Below are positions 24,922 to 39,225 of a stretch of DNA of 64,000 nucleotides, piece by piece (position 1 is the stretch's first letter; every line of letters begins with the position of its first letter). The notes under the pieces were generated by a model. It was not told where the DNA came from. It worked only from the letters and a program-made list of their open reading frames with translations, and did no database searches. The translations under genes and the position numbers were made by a program. The DNA is taken from NCBI RefSeq assembly GCF_009914755.1, contig NC_060926.1. The stretch is one strand, 5' to 3'. This DNA comes from the human T2T-CHM13v2.0 reference genome, Homo sapiens.

Positions 24922-27900
24922 GTAGTAAATTATTAATTTATTGTTTTGGAACTGTCTCTAATCCTTTATATTCTGAACACTGAGCACAATAACAGTAACT
25001 GTAATGGTCCTATAATCAATTATTGATATGTAGAAAATGTTGCAGCTACATTACCTATGAAATCACAATGTTACTTCTCAGTAGTCCTAAATTTCAGAAG
25101 TAGCATTTGAATGTAAAAATTGGCACATTTGAATACAATCTATATAATCTTTGTCGTTGTTGCTGTTGTTGTTGTTTTAATTCAGTCTCTTAGTAACACA
25201 GAAATGTATTTCCAGAGTTTTCCCTCTTATGTGCCTTTAAGCATATAAGATTACACATCTGGCTTTGTACCAAAAACAGGGCCCAACAGGATATGAAATC
25301 CTGGGGATAACAGCAACCTAGCTATTTCTTTTTCAAGAATTTTTTTCAAACTGAGCCAGAAACTGAAAAGACAGATGAAAATGGCACAACCCGGTGACAA
25401 GAGAGCAAAGATAAATCACGTTTCCTTCCATAAAAACATTAAGATCTTGGCTTTAATATTAATATTTTTGGTTACAGTTAAGCTTTAAAGTTAATGAAAT
25501 TCTCATTTGTATGCTGATCTTGGGACATGAATACCAAGTTGTAGATGGGATAGAGATTAGCAATAAAGAAAATTAAGGAAAAGAAAATGAAAAATTCCCA
25601 TAGAGTTTAACATGCATACACATATGCCCACACTCATATGTGGGTAATATGAGAGAACCTGCATATTTTTTGGAGGTTGCCTTTTTGCAGGAGTTGAAAC
25701 TATTCATCATTTTGCTGCACTTTCCTGTGGTATAACCTAACTAAGATTTTTGAGCAAAAGATAGTTTTTGTTTTTGGAAAATTATGAGTAACTTATACGT
25801 GACCTGTTTACTCCATTAGGAAATATGCTGTTTTATTCAATGGATCATAGGAACAGAACGAAGCAGAACAATAGCAGGAAAGAAAAAATTACAGTCTTAG
25901 AAATAAAAACGTATTTCATCCATTTTGGCACCAGGACTGAATTAAAATGCTGCCACTAGGCAGGATTTTAAACATACACCCTTTTCGGCATACAATTTTA
26001 ATACAGAAATTGAGATATTAGGCATGCAGCGCATATTAGAACATTGCTCTTTCTGCTGCAGGTGTGTTTGACTGACCCTGAATAAATGTCAAGAAAAACA
26101 CCTTTCCTATCTTTTTTTTCTGGCTATAATTCACCTTCTCTTAATATTTAACTATTGCTCCATCATTATAACAGGCACTCTGTTTAAGTCGTGGGTACAG
26201 GTAAAATTCAGCAGATAAAAAATAATCATATTGGAACCTACTAAATGTAATGGAGATTTTTGGTTGAGAAAAATAATTGGTACTGCTAATATAACTGATA
26301 TAGTCATCATATTTCCCATGGATTTACAAAAAAAAATTTAAAAAAGCAAGTAAGATATAATAGAAGCAAAAATAGGAGGTGAATAATTTTCTGTCTTTGG
26401 AATCAGTGTACTTTATTATTACACATTCATTCTAAGCCTACGTCAGAAAATACTTGAAGCAAATAAATAGAGAACAGTTTTCTTTTCTTTTTTCGTCCCT
26501 TTTCTTCAAGAGAACATCTCATTAACATTAATAGAAACTGTGCCCAGAAAAAGCCATTAACATTAATGGAAACTATGCATAGAAAAACCCCTAGATTAGT
26601 TTTTGGTCTTTTAAGGAGCTTATGCATTGCTGCCTGTCCCAAAAAGACAGGATGGGAAGATAGTAATCACATTTTTGCCCCATCTTTTTAAATTATATAT
26701 TTCATTAAATTATATTTAATAAATCCTGAGTTGGAAACAGCACAAGGAAACTCAAGCTGCAATAATATTTACTCTCCCAATAAACCTGGAGCTTTCACAA
26801 ACCATGTGTCTTACTGAGAGTCACTGAACAAGTTATACGACCATGATTCTCATGAACATCCTCTTTGTGCTTGCAATTAGGCTGCCTGCCAGGAGGTGAA
26901 ATGATTAGCAGTAAATATAAATTTAATAGCTTTGCTTTGCAGTTCCCCAGTCACTCTTGGTGCCTCCATTCATTAGGGAGATAATGTGAATCAGACCCTA
27001 TCAACTAAACATACGACAATAGTTGAATCTGAATTAAATATGAGGGAATCTTAAAAGGGCAAGGTAAAATAAAAAGAAAAATTAAAATATGTTCTCTATT
27101 TAATAGCCACTTTACATTTACACCAAAACACTGCGCTATTTTTTATAAATATCAGCCAAACTCAAAGTATTAGTACATAAATCATATATAATCTAAAATT
27201 TTTAAAAACCTGATAAAAAGAATGCTTGAAAAAGTATAGGTTTTCTTTTTTTTGTCACTTGAAATAGAATTGTGAAAAATATTTACATTTCAAATATCAT
27301 TTTGCTTAGCTGTTAGAGTTCCTTAGAGTTCGGTTTTCTGAAATTTACCAATACTTTCTCATCCTCTTTCACATCATCATCAGGGCTCCACAGGAAACTG
27401 TCAATAGGTATCAATTTAATGTGCCTTCTTTACTAGGTGCCTTACTATATGTCTTATCACTTATCTCTCAATTTAGGAGACACAAAACTAGAAGACAGCA
27501 ATGACCAGGAAGTCTTGTGGCTATGCTGTAGAATGATGATGACGTATATAAAATATGGAAAGTCTTTATGCTTTGCTTTTGTTCTCATCAGAAATAGTCC
27601 CTAAGTCTTAAATTGTGATAAAATACTCCTTCACATTTTCTTTCAGGTACAATAAAGGTCAGATAAATAAGAAGCAAAAGAAAAAGAGTCAGGGAAGAGA
27701 AGAACAGTTTTCGGCTTAGCCTGATGGCAAAGGGCTTTTAAACACTCCTCAAGGAACATTAAGCAAAAATGAGCCTACTGAAAACAACTTTCCTTGATTT
27801 TACTCCCCAGTTACTTTCGTTCTTCTCTATAACTTCCCTTATCCTTTCATCATAGATGTCTTCCTTCATCACTATTCAATATTTAAAACAGCTGAAAGAT

Positions 27901-28532
27901 TGGTTACTGGGTAAGAAAAAAAGATACGATAGCTACCAGGTTGAGCAGAGATATCTTTGAGCTCTACCATGATAGCTGAGATGTTTGTCCTGCTCAGCAC
28001 TGCCTGGCACATGGTAGGAGCTATAGGTGAAAAGATATCTCTGAGAAGATATGAGTTTGTTGGTACTAGGGCAAAGCATGGAGGAAAAAAGAAAAAAGAG
28101 ATAGAGAAAGACCATGAGTCATAATGACATCTTTCGTCCCTTCGAACCAACTTTTCTTGAGTCCATAGTATTATATGCTCTGATGCTTTAGCCAATTAAG
28201 TTAAATCCATCCTTATGCATTTTAAAGTATTCGAACTAAAATAATATCATCAGGAAACATGTGAGTAAAAGAAGGGCCACCTCATTACCTTTTGGCAATA
28301 AAAGGCAGAGTTTAAATTATAAATATTTACAGAAATATATACACCAATGGATTTCCAAGAAAATGTGAATGATATGCCACTTAGGAAAATAAAACGATCT
28401 CCCAGTATAAAATTAATCTCACTGGAATTGCTGAATACACATCTGATGCTCAAAAAGAATACTCCAAGAAAATATAAATTGTTTAAATATAAGTCTTAAT
28501 AAGCAGGATGTTAAAAACTAAATAAAGTGACA

Positions 28533-28852
<320 letters not shown>

Positions 28853-30364
28853 GTTATGATGAATAACAAATCAAACGGAAGCAAACTGATCCTCAAGGTG
28901 GTAAAACTCAAGAAAAACCCTATGATTTTGCTGATCTCTTAGCTGATGCCACAGAAAGCCAAACACAAACAAACAAGAGAAATTATCCTATCTGAATACA
29001 TCAGTTTTATGATATTTATGTAACTACTAAAGCATTTTTTTTTTAAGTATAACTGATGCAAAACTGGAGGAACGCAAAGTCAGCTTTCTTTGATCAAAGC
29101 TCCTATAACTTCTGATTAAAATAATAATTGGATATAGTTCGGACTACTCCACATACATTCTTTCACTGAAATTGGACATAATTTAGTGAAGCAAGATGCT
29201 GAGAAGTCTACTGCCTTGGCAGATTTCCACTGAAATATGTTTAAAAGCATAGTTTTTCTCCACATGGAAAATAAATTGTAGAAAATTAAATGTGAGTTTA
29301 TATAGGATTACTTTTTTTAATAAAATAATTATCAGATATCCAAAAAGGGAAGAGAATTAGCAAGTTAAAGAAATTTTATTTTGCTTGAACAACAACTAAG
29401 TTTCATAAACCATGCTCCATGTGTCCTAATATAAAAACAAAACTATTAATTTTAATGTACAGGGCTATGAAATGGAATTTGGAAATTATGTTGCTAGACC
29501 AATTTGGTTCCTTTAAAAAAGGCAATCTTTATAGATGCCCAGCAAAAAGAAAGGAGGGCCTATTTAGAGCCATGTTAGAATCATGTACTGTCCAGGTATT
29601 AAGAAAGCCACTTTGGCCACTCCAAAAAACAACAATAAAATTATTTACTTTAAGGCAAGGCAGAAAGTCTCCACATTAAATTTTTGAATTTTTACTTGAA
29701 TTGACTCCAAAACAAATCAAACTGAATTACAGTTGAAAGTTAAGTGAAGCTAAATATAATTTATATTTTCTATATCCTATTCCAAAACAAATATTTTCTA
29801 TGTAATACTCCAAACTATAAACGCCAGACACTATGATCAGCACATGTTATCTCATTTTTTCTTCCATAACTAATATATAAGCAGGTTATTATTCCCGTTT
29901 TACAGATAAGAAAACCTAGAGACTGTAATTAAGTTTTCAAAGGCCTCTCACAGTTTTGTCGCTTCTTTCCACTGATGTCCTCCCTAGTCTTGTTCTGATG
30001 TGTGCAGGAGTAAAGATTTCTATTTTTCCATCTGGAGGAATTTCTTAGTGGCACACTCCCTTTAATCTGTGTAGAGAGCTCAAAATTTCCCTCAATTCTC
30101 TTGATCCACTCCAAAATAAGGATGTTCTGAAGATGGTCACAGACAAACAAGCAGGGGGCAGCTTTTGGTAGAAGGAGCAATAATGTCCTTCTTAGGCATC
30201 CTCTTCTCAGAAGGAATCAACATGTAGCCCATAAAAAACAGAACCCCCATCTCCATGGCTGCTTCCCAGAGCTCAGAGAACCAATCCACCTCCTCAAGTA
30301 CAAGAGCAGCAAAAGAATTGGGGTTAAAATCTTAACTAGAAATTAAGGAGGTATCTTCTACTTA

Positions 30365-30600
30365 AGCAGATTTCAAACCGTGCTCCAAGGAATGCTGTTA
30401 CATAATATATTCTATATTCTGCCTCTACTGGAAAGAAAAACATGCAAACAAACAAACAACATCCCAAGTATCCAAAACCAAAACAAAGTACTCTGCATGT
30501 GAGCAAGTTTGGAAACTCTAGATTAAATAAAGTTCAGCTTTTATACTGTTTTCATTATTAACCATTTATATGTTAATCAGCATTATGACCTCCGAAAAGG
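30365..30600. mobile_element. MER103-like hAT-Charlie fragment
   Basis: aagtttggaaactctagattaaataaagtt...ttttatactg...tttatatgttaatcagcattatgacctcc. Confidence 0.55.
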
Positions 30601-32078
30601 CTTTAAGTTCATTTATCATCTGCTGAAGTAGTTCGGAAATCCTGCTTCATATATCCTCCAGGTGAAGACTTGAAAAGAGCAGCTGCAGCCCAAGGCATTT
30701 GGTTGAGGATTCAGGGACTTGGAAGGCCAATTCTTTTCCGGATGTAACGACTAATAATATTTAATATACAATTTTGACCAAAAATATTTTTGCATGAACA
30801 TGGCCTAATGTATTTTACTTAAGTATATCTTTATTGGTACCATATTAAGAAAAGCTTATTCCTTCTTGAAACCATGTTTAGGCATCAGTTGAGCACCTCT
30901 GAAACTCATTTTAATTTTGCAGGACTCTCAGATTATTAGGAAGCAAATATTCAATGGGGTCAACTTAGACAAGATTTCCAAAAATGTGTTCCTCAGCTTG
31001 GGTTGAAAGCTGTAAACATGTTCATTATTAATCTTCAAGAGAATAATATTTATGCGGCCCTTTTCCACTTAATTAATCATTAACACCTTTGTCCCAGAGC
31101 ATCTTAAAAGGCTAGTGTTTCAAGGACTATCCATCTGTTTGAATACCATTGATAAAACCTTACTGTTTAAGTTTATTCAATTATCATGAATAATGAATTA
31201 GAGTTTTCTTTGGTCAGTTTATCTCTTCAAGATATCACTAAGCTCAGTCTTGTAAACCCTAACAAGGTCCAGTTTTGAACTAGTTACAATTTAGGAGGTT
31301 TAACTGTCATTAAGATGCGAATGACTCTTCCAGAGGACATGGACCTTGTCTTGTACATCTCTGTGATCGCCAAAGAGCTGTGCACAGAATTGACACTAAG
31401 TTCAATAAATGTTTCTTCAATATACGAAGAAATGCTCTGTTGCCACTTAAAGTGCAGAGCAGTTTTCATCTTCAAAGCACTTTATTCACATTAATTCAGC
31501 TATTTACATTTTGCTGATGGGTAAACGGCTGGAGAGGCTAAATGGGCTGTTTTAAAGGCTAGAGAGAGAAAATCCTGCCTGTCAGGAATAAAAATTTGCA
31601 ATTACTGATTACCAGTCATATGTCCCTGGACTTTTGTAGGAAAAAAACAGAGGGACAAACAAAGGCCACCTAGGTAGTGGTTATCCTACTGTCAGGACAA
31701 GTCAATAGCAGGTAAAGAAACAAGTACACTAGACGGTCCCAACAGCTCTATTGAACAAGTATGGGGGAAAAAAAGTTATTTTTGTTGTGGTTTTCAGTGA
31801 GTGTGTGCGTGTGTATGTGTGTGTGAGCAGTGTTGATACACACTGTGATGCAGAATTACCTTTTTCCATTTGCAATTCTAAAACAACTTCCAGGTGCCAT
31901 GTGCTGTTTACAAAGGAATTGAAATACATTTGACCTCAAGCGTATTTTGCTCTGGCAAAGTGTGCTAATTGTATAGATCTAAAGGCAGCAGCAACATCAT
32001 CATTTCAAAATAGACATTAAGACAATTAAAAACCCCATGTAACTCTACTGCAAAGTAAAGTTCTCATGGAGACTGTGA

Positions 32079-32440
<362 letters not shown>

Positions 32441-35252
32441 CAGCTCTTATCTTTTTAAAATGACTTTTTTGATGTGAATTGGGGGAGGACAGAGACAAGA
32501 CTTCTTGGCCATGTATTGCTTCAGTTCTCAGTTGTGTTTCTCTCTATTCCTTGGAAACCTTGACTTTCTTCCAGTAGCTTCCTGGAAGGAAAATTTGAGG
32601 AAACGTCTAATGTACATAGATACTGTGTGTATAGAGAATAGTCCAGTTAGGAAAGTACTCTATGTAAGTTCTGAAAGTCTGGATTTAGGGTCTTTTTTTT
32701 TTTTTTTACCTTGCCATCTACTTCTTTCCACCCTGCTAAAATCTTAGTAATTAAGTCATAAGAGACATCTTCCTTTTATACCCAAAAAAACACTTGATGA
32801 GATAGAAAGGAGCTGCGTAACATTATACTTCGTTTGGGTGTATCTTAGGAAGAGATCCTGTTCCCTTAGGAAGTGCAAGGGAGGTGGTGAGGACATAGGC
32901 AATCAGGACCAAAAGTGTAGGTGCTATTCTAAAAGCAGTAATTTAGTAGTCAGGTGTCAGATGAAGACAGCAAAAAATGCAGTTTTGAGTAACTGGAGAT
33001 GGCAAATCCCCATGTAGCTGGCTTAGGCTTGAACTGGCAGGTACCTGACATTCAATGCTTGAAGATGTAGGGAAAGTGGCTGAGGCAGAGTGCTGGGTAA
33101 GGGCAGGACTGAGTTGGTTGGAAATGGGCGTAAGTACAGCCTCCAGTGTGGAGGTTGCTGACAACTCAGCAATCTGGTTTCAGAGGAGGTCTGAAGAAAA
33201 CTTAATGCAAGATAGTTTGTTAGATCAGAACAACCACTGAAAATTCTCCAGAGGAAATAATTGTGCTTATAACATAGGTGGAGTAGATATGCCACACCCA
33301 TTTGACACCCAAATCTTCATCAGCTTGGATAGTACCAGACAGACTCTTCTTTAGGTCCACAGGGATTTTTTTAATTTCTGACAATTTCTAGATTCTAATC
33401 CAAGGTGACAACTCAAGAAAAAAATTAGTAAACTAGTTGTGTTCTGGAAAAGAAAAATAAATTAAAGCCACAGACAAGGGAGAAGAAAAACTTCTATGCT
33501 TGGCCAGGTAAAGGCAAGCTTTCTCTAGGAAGTACTTATAGTCACATAAATACTCAAGAAATCATAGACTTCTGGAGCAAGAAGGGTCTTGGTTATCATC
33601 TGGACTAACAGTTGCTATTAACAGATTAAAAAACTAAAGCCATGAGGAATTATTTTATGAAATCATACATCTAACTGACAAAATGAAGACTAGGATACAT
33701 TTATTTGCTTGTGTCTAATACTCCTCTTCAATTTGGAAACCTCCAGTGAAGCAGAACACCTAATAAAAGTTAATTAGGAACAGGTACTGCTGAGACCTTC
33801 TCTAAACCCCAGGAGCAGATGCATCTCTTTCACTTGCCTGGTTACCTGAATGTAACTAAACATGCCATCTGATTGAACAAACAAACCTATTCTTGTATTT
33901 CCTGGGAAGATGAGCCCCTGGATATGAAAATCTCACACTTTTAAGGCAAAGGACTTCAAAGTAGTCCAAGGGTAAGTCAATCAGTAAAGGAATATAACTA
34001 TAGACATGCACTGTGTGATCTGGTGTTAATCTAGAACTATGACATTTTTTGAAAAGCAACAAAAAGGGTGTTGAGGTATAGCTGTCAAAACCAATTAAAA
34101 GTAACCAGAAAAAAAAAAAAAAAAAAAGAGAACACTAAGCAAACAGGTTTTCCCTCACCATATTTCTAACAGAAATGCATGGCCATCATTAAGGATATTC
34201 TGCAGAACCTATTCAAGAAAGACTGCACGTGGTGGATAACCAAATAAAATTTCCTTGTACAGTCAATGTCTTGGCATGCAATGGGTCCCGAGGCATAAAT
34301 GCAAACCATTAACAAAGCTTTATTAAGAAAGCCTTCACCATGCTTTGGGAAGATGTTTGATACAATTCAGGTTAAGTGCTGATCAATAACCTGGAAATCA
34401 AAAGAACCGATCACAGAAGCAAAAAAAGCAGATTTAGGCAGATTCCCAGCCCCATCCCAAATGTGAGATACTGACACCAAGCATAAGAAATCATCGCTTT
34501 TTCTCTCCCCTCCTTCCCCCATCACACATACCAATGCCTTTTCCTCTTAAGTCCCCTAGCTGCAAATATTTCTTAGTGAAGTCTATTTTACCCCTTTTAC
34601 ACTCACAAACTGAGTCGCAGGTTGTACATTTTGTGATACCATCATTGATGAAATTGATGAAAGCCTCTAATGGCATTAGAAAATCCTGAAATAGCACGGC
34701 TGATATATACCTGGCAGGTAATTGCTTAAAACTCCAGCAGAGATGGATGTCTAATCTATTCTTAAAAATATGAGCAGACAGATAGCAGTTCACCCCTCCA
34801 CTGCCTCTTTCTTGTTCTCCCCCAACAATTCTGCTAGTTCATTTGAGTGTTTCAGACAAGAAAGCAAGAATATTATGCACCAGAATATAATGTGGCCTTT
34901 CTTGCACAGCTTCTCTTTGCAATCCCAAAGCTGCCATTTGCAGCTTCAAGCAACAGAAAAGCATGCTTACTGTTACTTAAGATTAAATTCTTGATAATAA
35001 GCAGATTTATTGACTCATGTTTTGAATACATATTTATTGAGGCACTCTACTAGATGCTGGGCAAAGTGATAACCAGAAATAGCCAGCCAGAAACACTTTC
35101 CACAAGTCATTACCAGAGATTTAAGCCACAGTAAAAAGGTGGAGGAGAATAGACGAAAGGTTTTAGGGGGAACCCCATACTCAAACTCTCCCTCAGAAAA
35201 ACAATTATTAAGTCTTTTCTTACAAACTGTAGAGTAAAAGAAGCTGCCCAAT

Positions 35253-35564
35253 CACGGTGGCTCACGCCTGTAATCCCAGCACTTTGGGAGGCTGAGGTAG
35301 GTGGATCACGAGGTCAGGAGATCCAGACCATCCTGGCTAACACAGTGAAACCCATCTCTACTAAAAATACAAAAAATTAGCCAGGCATGGTGGCGGGCGC
35401 CTGTAGACCCAGCTACTCAGGAGGCTGAGGCGGGAGACTGGCGTGAACCTGGGAGTCAGAGCTTGCAGTGAGCTGAGATTGCACCATTGCACTCCAGCCT
35501 GGGCGACAGAGCAAGACTCCATCTCAAAAAACAAAAAACGAAAAACAAAACAAAACAAAACAAA
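35253..35564 (+). mobile_element. AluY, slightly 5'-truncated, (CAAAA)n tail
   Basis: Y diagnostics; 17-bp TSD aaaagaagctgcccaat (35236-52, 35565-81). Confidence 0.97.
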
Positions 35565-36984
35565 AAAAGAAGCTGCCCAATAATGTCTGAGCAAAATGGA
35601 GGCCATGATTATTTTGGCTGTAGTGTTTTAGACTTTCATGTAGGAGAGAAGGATTCGCTAATTGGTTTTCAGTCAAATAATTCTACTGAGGAAAAAGAAG
35701 TATTCCTGAAAGAAAATTGAGACATAACATGGATAATGTAAAGCCTATATTTAATCTTGGTCAATTCCATTGTCTCATTTTCATGTAGATGTCAAACATA
35801 CCAGCAAGGAGAAAATGGTTCAAAAATGCAACCCAGGGAATTGCCCTACTTTTCCTACTTGCCCAGTCTTCAATACAATAGATCTTTATTCTGTTCTCAT
35901 TTTCTCTAACAAAATCTCCTTGTTCGGAAGAGTCAAAGGAATAAATGGTTGGAAGGTTAATCTCCTAATTACTTTCTCCCTTCATAAAATAATTTATTTA
36001 ATTGTGGAAATTATTATGCAGCTGTAGAGGGAGAGCATATTCATTTTTTTTCAGGAAGTAGTTGAGCAAGCCTGACTTACGCCAAGAGAAAAAATAAAAA
36101 TTCCTGAGAAAAATAACAAATTGTTCAAAATGAGCTGGGTTAAGTATCCAAACCAAGGAACAAGTTCATTTAAATGGTTACTCAGGAAATCTTGACGGTG
36201 ATCTAAATTCAAAGTTGCTTTTGTTTTTCTAGGAGGCCTGGCTTACAGAAAGAACATGATAGGTTCCTAGGATATATCTTAATTTTGTACTTCATTTAAT
36301 ATTGTTAAAATAATTTTGTCTCTAATATCACAGCTTGTAATATCTCAAACAACACTGATTACTGATTGGTAATGCACCATACTCTAACAGATATTTAATC
36401 TCTATCCTCTCCTTCCCTAGAAAAGGTGTCATGGACCCCGGGATGTATTATACATTGCTTATAGCATTTTGCTGCAACTTTAAGGCAAAAAGAAAAAAAG
36501 GTCTCTGTCCTAATCAGGCATAACAGCCATGAAATCCTATGTGCAAATTGAATATCAAACTAATACTGTTTTTACTAACCAAAATCCATTATCTAAAAGT
36601 TTGAACAAGTGAAAAATAATTTATTTATTTGTTATGGTCCCAATTAATAAGATGAGAAACTTAACAGAATAAACATATGACTATCCATTTGTACACATCT
36701 AGGAATGGAAAAATGACCCACTTTAAGTACAAAAAAATGAGAATAATCTATAAAAACTAATGAATCAGTCCCTTTAACTTTGTTTATTGGAATTACAATA
36801 TCAAAGCATTTCTAATTTGGGTTAAGTAAAACATACACCAAAGAATCTATAGACAGTACTTACAACACTGTCAGTTGAGTATTTGGCTTTGATATAGCTT
36901 TGAAAGGTAAAAGACAAACCAAGTAGATTTTTTTTTACTTGGGGAAGAATGTGAGAATGTGTTAAGTAGCTCAGAGTAATCATT

Positions 36985-37068
36985 CCATAATGTGAACAGA
37001 TACCAAAACATCACAATCTACCCCATAAACATATAATATATAAAAATATTATTTGTCAATTATAAAAA
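36985..37068 (+). mobile_element. Short L1MA-type 3' terminal fragment
   Basis: ataccaaaacatcacaatctaccccataaacatat...tattatttgtcaatta. Confidence 0.65.
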
Positions 37069-38878
37069 GCCTATGTTAATTAAACTCAGCTGAACCCTGA
37101 TATATACAAACCAGTGATGCAAATGGTGTTCACCAAGCGCATACTCTTAGTTGGTGAGCATCTGTAAACATGCTCGTTCTCAGCCTACAGCTACTACCGT
37201 TTGGAGATCACGGTCAGTAATGATGACCAGTCTAGGGAAAGTTCATGGATAGATTAAGTCACTGGGCTAGTATGGATTTGCACTGAAATTCCAAGCAAAG
37301 CCTCTTTCATTTAGTCCAAATCTTGTTCTACTTGACTGCAACTAGATTTCCCAATAGGGTCTGTCAATCAAAATTAAAAAGAAGAAATGTAATAACTTTA
37401 ATTTCTTTCTAAATCTAGAGTCAGGACAAAACTTCTAAGTCATTATTAACTGGTACTCTACCAAGAATATAGCTCTCAATTATTCATTTCAGTTCTTAAT
37501 TATTCCCTGTTTCAAAAAATAGCCTGCCTGCCGCTCATAAAATCATTAGCTGGAGAGAAAAGTGGGTTCAATTTTGATTGGAAGTAAAAGATATGGTAGG
37601 ATGTTTGTGAAATAATGCTTGAAAAGTAATGTTTTAAAAAGAAAAAAATAAAAACTTTGTTTTGTTGTACTTCTTGTTTATAGCTTTCATGTAAAACAAA
37701 CTATGGTTGTTTCAAGATGGAGCCTCACGTTCTTAGATTTGGTATGTACAAACAATTTCTCCTTTGACGGAAAATGAGACATTTTACTTTGCCAGTTACT
37801 TTGGTTTACTTGACTGGACTTGTATAATTTTAATGCAAGCTAAGCCAATTGTTTTCTAACAAAAGCTGTCATAAAAAAATTTATGCAGCCTTGGAAATGT
37901 AAACGTAAAAAAGAAATGTAAAAAAGTAAAACGTATTCATCATTTTCCTGCAAATTGAAGCTAATTACACTTAGAATTACTTGCCCTTCCACATATTTCA
38001 TTTACAACCCATATGATCTTCTCAGAGTCTCATACTTAAGTTAATAAATTCAGTTGGAATTTTTAAACACATTTATAAGTATGTATATATTGGAAATAGC
38101 ACCACATGTAAGGCATCTCTGAATTTTGATGAGTTGGGGGTTAGGTGGGGACATTACACAATTATTCTGGTTTCTAAGATTAAAAAAACAATCTTCCTAC
38201 AAGAAAATAATGCAAACTGAAGAGAGAGAGATTCTCTACCACTCTTGAAGAAAACTTTGGGCCTTGGGGCTGAGAAGGAAAAGTAACTCAATGAGCCATT
38301 TGTAACACATTAACACTAATTCTTAAATGCTATTTGTGGTTAAAAAGAGATGAAATAGACAAATAACCTGGAAAAATCTGTGACAATAGAATTCAAATGT
38401 AAATTATCATGTCTCACTGCCCCGTTAGCTATCCAAAGGCAAAACTCCATTATTTCATTCCCCTTCTCACATCTATTACTTATTCTCCTTTCTCAATTAG
38501 TTTTAATTAATTGTTTCTTAAAGTGTACTTACACATTTAACAGTGGTTACTGTGGGCTGTGCCGCCCTCTGATTATTAGTCTTGAAGCCATCTTATGTTA
38601 TTGTTCCATTCCTCACACTCAAAAGGTCCCCAAAGAACAACCTCCTGAAGTTAGGACCAATGGTCCCTTTAGTTTGTCATAAAACCAAAGTGATACATGT
38701 GTTTAATAACACAGAATGTGTGCCATAAAACCCTGATTTGAATAGTTCTTGGAAATGTAGGCCAAAGACGTCAGATGAAACGTGCCAAGTTGAAAGGTGC
38801 AGATAAAAGGTAAAGGTTTATTTTGTAAATGTGTAATATTTTGATAGTCACCAGGGAAGAAATAATGTTACTGCATGC

Positions 38879-39225
<347 letters not shown>

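Noticed and set aside
27620-27720. Plus-strand acceptor ttttctttcAG|GTACAATAAAG with a Lys-rich short frame
   Set aside because: No partner donor; the Lys richness comes from A-rich low complexity.
30640-30750. Plus-strand exon-like frame GEDLKRAAAAQGIWLRIQGLGRPILFRM*
   Set aside because: Mediocre splice signals and no supporting context.
31660-31682. Partial CTCF-like motif (also near 25950)
   Set aside because: Only half of the core matches.
32810-33310. GC-richer block with three overlapping ORFs
   Set aside because: Looks like a decayed LTR-type repeat; I could not assign it, and it shows no coding signal.
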